Positions 12,850 to 25,385 of a stretch of 64,000 nt of DNA are shown here, one piece after another. Position numbers and translations under genes: made by a program. Source of the DNA: Squalus acanthias (Eukaryota); assembly GCA_030390025.1 (NCBI GenBank), contig CM059437.1, positions 83,762,001 through 83,826,000 of the forward strand, written 5' to 3'. The notes below the pieces were generated by a model. It was not told the origin of the DNA. It saw only the letters and a list, made by a program, of their open reading frames with translations, and made no database searches. The stretch's first letter is position 1. Each line of letters begins with the position of its first letter.

Positions 12850-14005
12850 TTCAAGGCCAATATATCTTTCCTGAGATACGGTGCCCAAAACTGAACACAG
12901 TACTCCAGATGGGGTCTGACCAAGACTCTGTACAACTGAAGCAGCACTTCATTTTTTATTTCCAATCTCCTTGAGAAAAAGGCCCAACATTTCATTAGCC
13001 TTTATGATTAAATTTTGTACCTGTGCACTAGCTTTCAATGATTTGTATACATGGACACCTAAATCCCTTTGCTCCTCCACAGTTCCTAGTCTCTTGCCAT
13101 TAAGTAACTATTTTGATTTGTCCTTCTCAAATCCAAAGTGGATGACTTCACACTTCCCCACATCGAACTCCATTTGCCATAGTTTTGCCCACTCATGTAG
13201 TCTGTTTATGTCCTTTGTAGCTTCTTCCTCCCATCCACACAACTTAATGTGCCTCCTAACTTAGTGTCATCTGCAAACATAGATAAACACTCCCTATTCC
13301 TTCATACAAGTCATTAATATATATGGTGGAAAGCTGAGGTCCCAGTACAGATCTCTGGGGAACACCGCATGTCACCTCAATCAGAGAATGAACCCTTTAT
13401 CCCTACTCACTGTTTCCCAACAAACCCATATCGCAAGGTTACCTCCAATTCCATGTGCTCCCATTTTTGCTAATAATCTCTTGTGCGGAACCTTATCAAA
13501 TGCCTTCTGGAAGTCCGTATCGACAACAACAACAACTTGCATTGTTGTAAATTGTACAACGTTTACAATTTACATAGTAAAACATCCCAAGGCGCTTGAC
13601 AGGAACGATTATCTAACAAAATTAACACCGAGCCACATAAGGAGATATCAGGACTGGTGACAAAAAGCTTAGCCACAGAGGTAGGTTTTAAGGAGCATTT
13701 TAAAGGAGAGAGAGGTAGAGAGGTTTAGGGAGGGAATTCCAGAGTTTAGAGTCCAGGCAACATGCATATATACTATCCACCATGCTAGTGACCTTCTCAA
13801 AAAAAATCAACTAGATTAGTCAGACATGACCTACCTTCACGAATCCATGCTGACTCTCTGATCAACTGATACCTGTCCAAGCGCTCAGTCAATCTGTCTC
13901 TGATAATAGATTTCAGTAACTTCCCCACAATTAATGTTAAGCTGACAGGTCTGTAGTTACCTGGTTTCTCTCTCCCTCCCTTCTTAAATAATAGTGACAT
14001 TTGCA
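12850..14005 (-). mobile_element. Decayed CR1 LINE fragment with a nested L2 3' tail (about 13521-13760)
   Basis: Minus ORF LFKKGGREKPGNYRPVSLT...GRSCLTNLVDFF; antisense CR1 RT sequence at 12850-13520; a CAACAACAACTTGCATT tail insertion. Confidence 0.8.
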
Positions 14006-15474
14006 ATTTGCCCCGTACTGTCCTAAAATGGCAAACAAGGTCCTATGTACATCAGAGGACCCCAATTTGCATATTTAAAGGGAGAACCGCCTGACGCAGA
14101 CGGGCACAGTAGGCTTGGGGGAGGATTGCAGTGGCCACAGCAAAGGTGGTAACCATTTTTGGGGTGCTACCGCCCCATCTCCACCAGGCGAGAGGCCTCA
14201 AAATTTCCCCCCCATGCTTCCGGTCAGTCTCCACTGGCACAACTTTAAAAGTAAAAATTAGCAGAAAAACTGAAATGGATCAGTATTTTAAAATATGATG
14301 AACAAGGCATGTCACAGAAAGGCACAGTGTCACACCACCAATCATCCATGTTAAGCTGTACAACTCTGGGAAGGTTGTGTGTGGAATACTCACTTGACTG
14401 TGGTTGGTGCTTAATACTGAACATCAAAGAATCAAAAAAAGTGGGGAATAAAGTTGTCTAAAAACATTAAAATGCCTTAAAAAGTCTAATTTTCAAACAA
14501 AAAGGGAAAACAAATAAAAAGCCTTTTTACAACCATGGACTATTTTATTTTAAAAGTGTGGATGGAGATGCACGCTCAACTTTAGATGTATCACAGCCTC
14601 GATATTTCCAATTGAGCACTGAGCATGTGATGTAAAAATCAAACTTATCATTAAGTATGTGCATACTTTCCACTTTACCATGTAACCTTGATAAACCAAA
14701 TACTCACTCCATAAACTGGTTTCTAATGACAAACATTTTTACTTATGACGTAAATGTTTACATTTTTAGCGCTACTTCCATAATCACGGGGAGGGAAAGG
14801 CAGTTGTAGAGAGCTTTTTCCCCTCTTTAGTACTTACCATGCAACACCCCATCCCCTAGTTTACAGGGTAAATTACTTGTTCCCAGACCTCTGCTGATAG
14901 CACTCTGCAAATGGGCACTGGGAGACACACGAGAGGCAAATCCTGGCACAGACTCCAATGGCCAGTACTCTCTTTGTTGATACTCCTCTATCTGCCCCTC
15001 CCAATTTTACATCGCATGCTCAGTGCTTATGAGATGAGGAATATGGCATAAAACTTTAAGGGTGTACATGGAAAAAAAATGATCCCAAAACCAAAATATA
15101 ATAAAAACAGAATACTGAACTCCGCAGTTTATTTTTTAATACATTGTATATGAATTTTTTTAAATAATTAGTTGTGCAGAATAGGGTTCATTATATAGTC
15201 TAAAATAGATTTATGTTGGGGTTTTTTTAAAAAAGGAGCAATTAACAGCAACGGTAAAACTAGTTGGAATTTTATAAAAGTTCTCAAAACATTATCAAAA
15301 AGCTGTCACCAATTGTAAAATTAGGGTTCAAATGAGTATCTTATACATTTTGAATTGAATTACAACCAGTTCATCTATGTTTCCCACACACACACTAACA
15401 TGAAATACCACTGTCCAGACAAAAGGAAGTAGATAGCCTGATAAACTAAAAGCATTTACTGGAGATAGAAAGAA

Positions 15475-15592
15475 AACCATGAATGCTGGAAATCTGAAAA
15501 AAATCCCAGAAAATATTAGAAATGCAAAGCAGAACAGTCAGCATCTGAAAAAGAAAGAAATTTTTATGTTTTGAGTAGACTTTTCATCAGAA
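15475..15592 (-). mobile_element. Degenerate hammerhead-motif repeat copy, sense to SMTN
   Basis: Minus strand reads TTCTGATGAAAAGTCTACTCAAAAC...CAGATGCTGAC...TTCAGATTTCCAGCATTC. CTGATGA is retained and the GAAAC core is lost. Confidence 0.6.
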
Positions 15593-16074
15593 TTAGCCAG
15601 CATACGTCCTGCACAGGACATAATGGAAAAGAAGAAAGAGAAGGAGGTAAGTTTAAAAATCAAAGAACCCGCCTTTTCTCATTCAAGGTGCATTCAAACT
15701 ACATTGATGCTGCAATTATATATATACAGCCTGAATCCAGATACAGGACCGATCTGACACTGGAACAGAGTGGGATTCCTTGGAACAGTGAGCAACAGTC
15801 TGCTTCACTTCAGTGTTAGTTCGGACCATGACATTCAATTTACACTCCATACATTTAACATTGGTGTGAAACCAAAACTGAAATGTCTCTGCACCAATAC
15901 TGAACTTGCAGTGTGAATGCACCATTACATGTTAGCTGGGCTCAATGGCTTTGCATTTTCTGTTTATATTCAACTTAACTATAATTTTGTACTGTTGATG
16001 AGTTTCATGGGCCAATCTCATTTTTGTAATGCTCCAGGAATATTAGAGTTTTATACCTTCCATATCTAACTATG

Positions 16075-16500
16075 GTCAGAGTCCTGTCCTGCACAAATTA
16101 CCACGCACACATCACCTCATCCTGCTTTATTTCCTGCTCTACAAACTCTTTGTACCCTCTAAACTGACTTCAAGATGTGTTTGTTTTCAAATCCTCTATA
16201 GCCTGACTCCGAGTCTGTACACAACGTTTCTCTAATTCCAGTTTACTGTTTGCACCCCCACCCACTCTGCTCCACCATTGGATGCAAATCTTTTAAGTGC
16301 CAGCTCTCTGGAAATCTCTTCCAAAATAACCACCTAGCTACAGGCCCCCCGCCTTTAAAAGCCTCCTTAAAAACTTCTCTTACACAGTGCCTTAGAACCA
16401 CCTCCTGAATGTCTTCACTTTCAGCATGGTGCCCACATCAATCCCTTGTAAAACACAGATGTTCCTTAATGCGAGGCTTGTTATATATCTGCAAGTTGTT
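16075..16500 (+). mobile_element. Highly decayed L2 3' end
   Basis: CACATCACCTCATCCTGC, TTTTCAAATCCTC and TTTAAAAGCCTCCTTAAAA blocks and a GCAAGTTGTT tail. Confidence 0.5.
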
Positions 16501-16553
16501 TTTAATTACTGTATCTTTTCAGAAAGTTTGAAGTACTACAAACAATTATCTAG

Positions 16554-16690
16554 CCGTTCTGATGAAAGGTCATCGACCTGAAACGTTAACTCTGTTTCTC
16601 TCTTCACAAATGCTGCCTGACCTGCTGAGTATCTCCAGCATTTTCTGTTTGTATTTCAGATTTCCAGCATCTGCAGTATTTTCTTTTTGT
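16554..16690 (+). mobile_element. 137-bp non-autonomous (Penelope-associated) retroelement with a 5' minimal hammerhead ribozyme motif
   Basis: Perfect 14-bp TSD AAACAATTATCTAG at 16540-16553 and 16691-16704. GTT-CTGATGA-A-AGGTC ATC GACCT-GAAACGTT-AAC at 16556-16590. Confidence 0.75.
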
Positions 16691-17971
16691 AAACAATTAT
16701 CTAGTCTGATTACAATAGGGAGACACATGTTGTAACACTGTCTTGCTTCCTCCGAGAATAAGTTCAAGCTCAGATGACAGAGACGACTGAAAGTTTTCCC
16801 ATTGGTCACTCTATGTAAAGGCTGTTTAATGCCACGAAATTCATTTGGAAAATGTCGACAATATTACACTAGGCACAGTTCCAAATTTTTAAAGAATTGT
16901 CCTTGTGATGAGAATTAATTAATGTTTTCCTGACAATCTATCTTTAAGAGGATACAAGGATACAGAGAATGGAAAGGTCACACTGCTGTGCTTTTGAAGC
17001 TGGAGTAAAAGGAAAATTACTGATCGAAGACTACAAAGGTTGCCATTTTTATTTACTATTTTATTATTCCGGAATGATAAAATATTAGAACAATTTCCCT
17101 CCCTAATATTTGTACCCTCTCAATGAGCATGGTGATCACATTCTAGTACCTCACTCAAGTGATCATTCTTGTGCCTGAGCTCGGCGGCGAGTTTTCATGG
17201 CTATTCAACTGTGGAAGGGCATCACAGCCAAGCCCAATCCTCTTCCCACGTGATGTCCACATACATGCATTTTTCAACATGCGTCACTGGATCAGCTAAC
17301 TATATAAAAGGCAAGCTCTTTTTCTTTAATAGATCAGGATCAAACCTGGGCTTTATCTGGCCTGCGTGACGCAGTACCACAATGGGCAATGGAATTATCA
17401 ACGGAGTCACTGGGACACACACATACATTCTTTGTTTTATCAAAGTTTGGTAATACAATTTAATGCACATCAGCAATGCCCACCTAGTAATAACCATTTA
17501 AAATTCTTTAAAATGACTTTAAGATGTCCCCATATAGATGCTCATCAGTTTTCTCAGTTAGCTAAGTAATTTTTTATGTGAAATACTTCATAAACTGCAA
17601 GTAGGTAAATGACAGATTACTGGCAACAGACTCGGATTAAGAGCTCAAACTCCAGAATAATTAATATCTACCATTTCATTAGCACCATGAAGGGAAAATG
17701 GATTCCAGATACAAAACACTGTGGTGAATTTATCTACATTTCCTGCAATCAAAGTCAGTTTAAGTAAAGAAATGCCAGACCAACTGATATTTCTGTCCAA
17801 CATGCACTACTTTTAATGCATTCAGTTTTCCTGATTACCTGGACAAATCGTGTTCAGTATAAGTGAGGCATGCAGCATTCTAATGAAATCTGTGGCCATT
17901 TCACTATATACTGAACTGAAAAGGAGCAGAAACAGCAGGAGCATTTCCTTGCAGGATTCAGCGCTTATTGC

Positions 17972-18083
17972 TTTTATACTGGCACCATTTTAATTTGGAT
18001 TCCTGATCCTGGCAGAAGATTTGTAGGTCTATGAGTCTGGTGCCAAGATAAAAGAATCCAAATGAAATGGCATCAGTATAAAA
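17972..18083. repeat. 112-bp imperfect palindrome, probably a decayed MITE
   Basis: TTTTATACTGGCACCATTTTAATTTGGATTC pairs with GAATCCAAATGAAATGGCATCAGTATAAAA, and the inner arms also pair. Several mismatches fall at former CpG (GGCGCC) sites. Confidence 0.7.
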
Positions 18084-20769
18084 ACTGCTTTGAACAATGT
18101 ACAACAAACATGACTTTAGTCACTAGTTGACCAGATAAATATGGTTAGCCTGGATGCTCCCGCTACAATTCAATACCAAAGGCATTATTGAAGGGATATT
18201 AGTGTACCATTTACTGAACTCCTGAACCTTGCTCAAACTTGGAAGCTTCCAAATTTTGAAAAGATACAATCAGTTGCTACAGGTCCAAATTTGAAAACAT
18301 TAAAAACTTTTTACGCCTAGTTTTAGACAAGTTCTTGCAGGATATAATTTTATTCAATGCAGCCTCCTGTGTGATCTGAAACATATTGGAATTTTCAGTT
18401 GTGAAAATGGCACTTGTGGGAGCTGATGAATTTACTTTCAGTATATCCATTATATGTCAGGATTTTGGAGATCGTACAAGAGCTATGTTCAGACGGGACA
18501 CAATGCCACAATAAAAAGGCCATATTTGGTAGTAAATTGAGCTAACGTAAATAAAAAAGATGTTTGTTTGCAAAACACTTACACATAATCATCATGGAAA
18601 CCTTCTAACGCGAATGTAATAATAATGAACAAAAATCTGAAGCTGTACTTGCAAGAAATAACCCAGCGCTTGCCAGGAAATTTACAATGTTTTGCTGTCA
18701 ATTTTGTGTTTGCATTCCTTTCAATGGGATGAACCACAGCTGGTTTTACAAAACACTGGTAGGGAATGATTGAATGAATTAGTGAATGAATTAGGCATAA
18801 AATAAAACAGAATTAGGCTAATTTAATTCTAAAACATGTGAATCTTTTATTAAAAAAACTAACTTCAAACAGATGGAAAATACTGAAAATACACAGCAGA
18901 ACCATTTGAAAGAAAAATGTGGACAGACTTGCATTCTATTTCCAACATTTTTGATTCTTAATCAGATATCCAGTATTCACTGATTTATTTTCACCTCTAT
19001 CAGTAAAAATTCTAGATTGTGTTAAATCACTCCAATTTCCTAGATCTAGAAAGGGAAAATGAAGAGAAAAATGATCTAACTATTTTATTATAAAAATCAG
19101 TATGCCCTAACATGCTTTTCCAGTCTGTCATACTTGTATCACACACAACTTTCTGTCACAATTCAAAGAAAACCATAAAGAAGCAAAGTAGCTATCCAGG
19201 AACACAAAATACTCGAGCCAAAAGGTCAGCAGTCTTTTAATTAACATCTGTGTGAACTTGATGGTATTATTTAACCATTTAATAAACCTCTGTGAACCCA
19301 GTGGTAACTTAACAGCAGTTAGATTTTGTAATCTAAAAGGGACAAACACCTACATTTACATGGTATAGTATTCCTGACCCTATAAAACAGCTCATTAACT
19401 GACTTACCATGAACAGCACTAAAAAAGATTTGCTGGTACTTCTATAAATAAGTCTAGTGTCCATTGCATATGTCACAAATTTTTACAGGTGTAAGCTTAA
19501 AAATAAAGAAAGCTAGTTAATTCCTACTGGTTTTCCTGACCTTCCAACCTGGCCTTTCCCCCGAGTGCAGGAACTGCGGATTTACAAGCAGCTGCCAATA
19601 TACAGAAAATTCCTTCAGCCTCCAGTTGATCTGAGGATATTCACATTTCGAACAATTTACCATAGGGAGTATCCGAGTACTGGCCTACTGGGTCAGGCCA
19701 AGTTAAATACAGCTGCATATTAGCAGCTAAGCATCATAATCACGTTCCAGATGCTAGAGTTCCCATAAGCTACACTACAGAGGATCAACTAATGTATATA
19801 TTTTCTTCCCTATCTCGCCTGAAGATGTAGAATTATGCTGGCGTACGGTTCCACTGACCATCCTGAAATTTCTCACCCAAATAACCATTCATGTGTAAGT
19901 TCCAGCAAATCAGTTGCCCATTGGGACACCACTGCCATTACCCAATCCCATGCCCACCCAATGTGCATATGTGGACACTTTCCAGTAGGGGTTACGAGAT
20001 AACTACTAGGAAGACCAACTCTCACTAACTTTCCCCTTCCTACACCAGGGAGACCAACTGTAGCACCCCATCTGCCATCCTGACTAAGATCAGCTAATTG
20101 GGCACAGAGGATCAAACCTGGGATGTATGACTCAGTTTCATACTATTCAGCAAATTTATTGGGGTAGAAATTCAATTGCGTTTCACCCAGTTTTCAGGCG
20201 CTAAAACGGCGTTCTGCATACCAATTTTGCGGTCCTGCGCCGGAAGTGCACATGAAATGTAACCACCACCATATTGACTAAGGCGCTCCTTAGGCATCCC
20301 TGGCAGCCGCCTGAAATGAATGGTGGGCTCACTAAAATATTTAAATAGGGCTCCTGTGCTTTTATTAGGACCCTTTTGGGAAATTGGTGCTTGGAAGCAT
20401 TTGATTTGATCATTCTTAAGCCTGCCCAGAAAAACATGGCGCAAACATTCAGAAATCAGGCTGAAGCCGCGCCATTTATAGGGATCCCCGCCTCCATTAA
20501 GGTGGTGAGCAACCTCGAGCAGCTCTAACTGTTGAGGACCCAGCTGCAGACTGCTGTGCCTCAACATCAGCCGGGGCAGTCTGGGTCAGCTGGCCATGTG
20601 GAACCAACAATGGCACTGGGTCAGAAGCTGGCAGGGAAGCAGACGTCCTGTCATCCTGAGAGAGAGGACAGCATGCACCTCTCCTATGGAGCCAAGGGCC
20701 ACGGTCATGTGGTTACCCCTCTACCCTCTCACAACTCTGCATGAGAACAAAGTGAAGGAGCGTAGTGAT

Positions 20770-22191
20770 GCTCTGGAAGCACTCCACATTCTAATCCATG
20801 TTCTCCTTCATGGTTTGAAAGCCTGAGGAGATGCTAGACCCCAGAGCTACGATGGCAGCAGTCCAAACTTCCAGTGAAACTATCAGAGCGGTCACCAGAG
20901 GCGCCATCATTGTGGGCTCCACTGCAGTGTTCTTAGAGCTGCCAACTCGCTCCATGGTTGACTACATGGTCTCAATGCCCTGCTTGACGACCCAGCACAA
21001 GCTGGAGCTGGACTCCTCCATCTGCCATTATGCGCAAGCTCGCTGGCAGATTGCCCAGTGCACTCAAAAGGTCCTGGTGTATAGAAATCAGTCCTTTAAC
21101 GTAGGCTGTGCCCTTGACGCCTTCATCTGTACCCTTTGCAACAGAGCTAGCATTTAAGCTCTCCCTCCGGCAAGCTGGTTCCTGGGCCATTCCATTCTCC
21201 TGCCCATGACCCTGTGCACTAGTGCTCAGTGATGCTTCCAGTGCAGACCTCACCTTTAAAAATACACATAGGGCCAGTCTCTGAGCTGGTGCTTACTAAG
21301 GTTAGGTCGAGTGACACTGTGTCATCATGAGTGCTGCCCTCTTCCAGCTCCTCAGCCTCTGGGCGTGCTACATTTGCTTCACCTGAAAGTGAAGAGGGGA
21401 ACAAGTATTAGCATTTAGTGTCAAGGACAAGCAGGGATAGGTGAGTGGCTGCTAAAAGAAGCTGCACTTTGTCAGGCATAGTGTGCGAGGGTGAGAAGAG
21501 AAAGAGTGCAAGATGGACAAGTGCTCTGCAGGACGTGTTCTTGAGCCTCACCACTTGTCACATCCGTGAGGTCCTCCTCTACTTGAGAGAGCACTTGAAT
21601 GGATGTTCTCCCTCCTCCTGCTCTCACCTCCTCTCTATTATTATTCACGAGCTTGGCCTGCAAGAAAAAAGGGAGTGCTAGTAGTAGCCTAGTGAGATGC
21701 TTTGAGGATGTGCATATTAAGGTCAAATAGTGGTGCTGATGTTATGAAGGGTGGCAGAGATGCGAGGAGGTGAAGGCAATAATAGTAAGGAGAATAGGAG
21801 GTGCAGAGTGTGGTATTAGGACCAGAAGAAGGTGGAGTGAAGTATGCTGCAGTGAATGGAGGAGAGTGCTGGTAATCGGGGGAGGGAAGGGTTGCGAGTT
21901 CTTTGGCTTCAGGTAGTGCAGAGTTAAGCAGAGAGTGATAGAAGACAGGAGTTAGCAGTCTTACCTCATCAACCTTGGTCAGATCATTAAACTTTTTCCT
22001 GCATTACAGCCAGGTCTGTAGGGCGAGGCTCCTGGCGCTGTCCCACTCTGCCACATGTGCCCACTACTGCCGAGCAGCTCATAGGGATACCTTCCTCCTG
22101 CTTGGTGGAAGAAGACGTCCTTTCTCCTGCCAACCTCTAATGCTGAATCTGAGAAGCGGGGGGCCATTGAAGCTTCTTCTTGACCTGCCAT
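20770..22191 (-). pseudogene. Decayed three-exon Harbinger Myb/SANT-like DNA-binding protein gene
   Basis: Exon 1 (22191-21965): APRFSDSALEV...WAHVAEWDSARSLALQTWL*CRKKFNDLTKVDE|GTAAG. Exon 2 (21657-21552): AKLVNNNREEVRAGGG. Exon 3 starts at 21382: GEANVARPEAEELEEG. Splice phases are consistent; in-frame stops and frameshifts are present. The 3' end is approximate. Confidence 0.7.
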
Positions 22192-22338
22192 GTTGAAAAT
22201 TTACCTTCCAGTTGCCTGCAGCCAAAGTGTACCTCTCCTTTAAGAGTTTCTGGCTGCCTTTAAATTGGGCCGGAATGCACGATATTCATGCCCCTAATTA
22301 GGTGAGCTGCCAATGAACAGCGGGACTAGTGGTGGTAG

Positions 22339-22745
22339 AACATAAGAACATAAGAAATAGGAGCAGGAGTAGGCCAATCGGCCCCTCGAGCCTGCTCCGC
22401 CATTCAATAAGATCATGGCTGATCTGATCCTAACCGCCAATCTACTATCTATCACAGAACCATCTCCTGCATCTAACAGAATTGCACACACGAAATAGGA
22501 GCAGAATCAGGCTACACAGTCCCTGGGCCCGCTCCACTACCCACAGGGCCATGAACGATCCGAACCTAGACTCATGTCCAAATTCCTGCCCGCTCCCCGT
22601 AACCCTTAATGCCCTTTACTTCTAGGAAACTGTCTATTTCTGTTTTAAATTTAATTAATGTTGTAGCTTCTACAGCTTTTTGTGGCAGCATATTCCATGG
22701 ACCTACCACCCTCTGAGTGAAGTAGTTCCTCCTCATCTCAGTAGC
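22339..22745 (-). mobile_element. Nested CR1 3'-tail fragments inside the Harbinger element
   Basis: GAACATAAGAACATAAGAAATAGGAGCAGGAGTAGGCC...CCCTCGAGCCTGCTCCGCCATTCAATAAGATCATGGCTGATC, followed by a second diverged tail. Confidence 0.8.
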
Positions 22746-23814
22746 CCGCCTATTTCATGATAATGAGGGTCCTGGACCAATTTTACTTCCTAGTTCAGCC
22801 CACATGATTAGGCTTATGCTGTCTGCACAGCATCAAGTCTGGGACCAAAACAGGCCGGTACGAATTTCTACCCCATCAACTGAGCCATTAGGGCAGCCGT
22901 ACCCATGCCCTATATATTTTTTTTTAAAACAGGCTTTGAAATTTTACAAATATGTACTAAGAAAGTAGCACAGCACTTTTCAAAAAAAAAACATCTTTCC
23001 AATTTATTGTCGTCAGGAAACAAATCCATTAATACAGTTGCAACTTCCTTTTAAAGTCATAATGCTTAGGACTCAAAGACACACTGTGATCATCTCCTCA
23101 CACAAGAAACACCATATAAAGTCAATGTTTACAGCCCACAAAGGCAGTGACCTTCAAAGGTTGGAACTGTTCACAGATGCCCATTAATTTTCTTGACAGA
23201 AAAACTTGTAATTTTTTAGAAACATGTAACATACACAATCATTGATCGCAGCAATAACAAGACGTCAGGGGCTGTGGAAAACCTTTTTAATAAAGAGACT
23301 TCAGTTTGGCACACTGTTTGGTAGCCAAGGAGACACATGCTGGTTCACAAACAGACTGCTATATTAATGTAAACCTTAGCTCAACCCTTTTATTTTCAAA
23401 TTCAAGCCAAGATATGATGTAACCTAGCTTGAGGCTAATGTATCATTGACTGCCTGCATTGTTTGACAAGCAAACTATTACCGCTCGACGATATGACTTA
23501 TTCAAAATATGAGTCAAATTATGATAATTAACAAAAACACATTGAAAAAAACTCAGTAAAACTACTTGATATCAAGCACAGAGAATAGAGTTGACTTTAA
23601 AAGGAGTGCTCCTAGAAACACAGAACCTTACAGCACAGACAGAGGCAAATTGACCAGTGTCTGTGCTGCTTGTTTGCTAGAGCAATCCAAAACTATTCCC
23701 AATGCTCTGCCCTCTCTATTCTCTTAGTGACAATTTTGAATTGACCTTGTCACTGACTCCCCAATCAGAAAGAAGAAACAACTTGCACTTATATAGTGCT
23801 TTTCACAACATCAG

Positions 23815-24299
23815 TTTTTCCCTATTTATTCTATCAAAACCGTTCATAATTTTAAAAGCCTCTATTAAATCTTTTCTAAGACTTTGCTCCTCATTCCTGG
23901 TATCATCTTGTACACTGTATATTCTCTGGATTTAATGTCCTTTCTATAATAGAGTGCCCTAAACTGCAGACAATATTATAAATAGGGCCTAACCAATGCC
24001 TGGTACAAATTTAATGGGCTGGATTTTGTCTTGGGGTCGGGTTGGGGTCGTGTAATCCGCATTTCGTGTTTCCCCCCCGACTCCAGATTAATGTGGGTGC
24101 CTGATGCAATTTTCACTTAATTGGGCAATTGAGTTGGCGCATGTGGGAACCCATGAACTAATTACTGTTTTCAGACTGAAAGTCGCCTCTGATGATGTCA
24201 TCATTGCTGACTGCCTAGTCTCAGAGACTGTTGATGAGAGAGGACCTGCCTGGCTTTTGATGTGAGTGGACCTGGATGGGGGGGGGGGAAAAGGAGAGA

Positions 24300-24382
<83 letters not shown>

Positions 24383-25385
24383 TTTTTGCAACCAAGTCCT
24401 CCCAGGCAGTCTCTGAAGACATTCAATGCAGCAGCATCAGAGGCGACGTTCAGACCTAATACTACTACTACCTTCATCACATCTCCGTTGTAATAGTGGA
24501 CCTGCAGCCGATAGTCAGCTATCCACTTGTGCTCCCGCCAGGTTTCACTGGAGTGTTTCACACCAGGCGTGCTTCACGTCAGAAGAAGGTTAAACTAGCT
24601 ACAGCGTTTCAAAATGGCATTACAGAGCCAATTTAGAGCTTGTTAAGGGCTTTAATGGCCTCTCCCGCCTCTTGAAGGCGGGACGGAGTCGGGAACCCCG
24701 CGACTGATTCTGTCAAAATTGCGTGGAGGCGGGATGGTGTCGGAAACCCCGACCCCGCAAATTTAACCCCCCACACGCCTCCAAACCCGACTCCATGGGT
24801 CATTCAAAATCCAGCCCATTATCTCTTTACTCTTGTACTCTATGCCCCTATTTATAAAACCCAAAATGCTACTGGCCTTTTTCACAGCTTTATCAATCTA
24901 CACTCGTACCTTCATGGAATTATGTATTTGAACCCCAAGGTCGCTCCATTAATCTACCCCCTTCAGCATCCTTCCTTTCAGCCGCTACTGCAATTCATTG
25001 TTTTTCTTCCCAAAATGCATTATCTCAAACTTCTCCCACCGGTCTACACATTCCTCTAAACTATGTCCTCGTGAAGTCTTTCACAGACCTCTTCACTGTT
25101 GTGTTGTCAGCAAAGTTTAATATTGTACTTCTTGTGCCCAAGTTCAAATCATATATATCTATCTACCTCTGGAATGAAAGTGGACCCAGCACTGACACCT
25201 GGGATACTCCACTTCCATCTTTTCTCCAGTACAGACAAAGCCCATTAATTCTAACCACGTGTTTCCTGCCTGTCAACCAACTTCCTATCCATGCTACTAC
25301 ATTTGCTCTTGTACCAGAAGTCTGCATTTATGTAACAGAAGTCTGAATTTTTGTGAGGCACCTTATCAAATGCCTTCTGAAATGC
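23815..25385 (-). mobile_element. Old CR1 fragment split by a MITE
   Basis: Antisense CR1 RT-like blocks (GGCCTAACCAATGCC, GGACCCAGCACTGACACCTGGG, CACCTTATCAAATGCCTTCTGAAA) lie on both sides of 24016-24817. Confidence 0.6.
24016..24817. mobile_element. PIF/Harbinger-type MITE, copy 1, with an expanded (GA)n at about 24293-24379
   Basis: TIR GGGCTGGATTTT / AAAATCCAGCCC; near-identical to 28444-29183 over most of its length. Confidence 0.85.

Larger units (their letters stand above)
20161..22874. mobile_element. 2.7-kb non-autonomous PIF/Harbinger DNA transposon
   Basis: TIRs GGGGTAGAAATTC / GAATTTCTACCCC with ATT/ATC 3-bp flanks. It carries a Myb/SANT-like gene remnant and interrupts an older SINE. 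Confidence 0.8.

Noticed and set aside
24088-24561. ORFs with SLSLSL or RERERE runs
   Set aside because: Translations of the (GA)n microsatellite inside a MITE.
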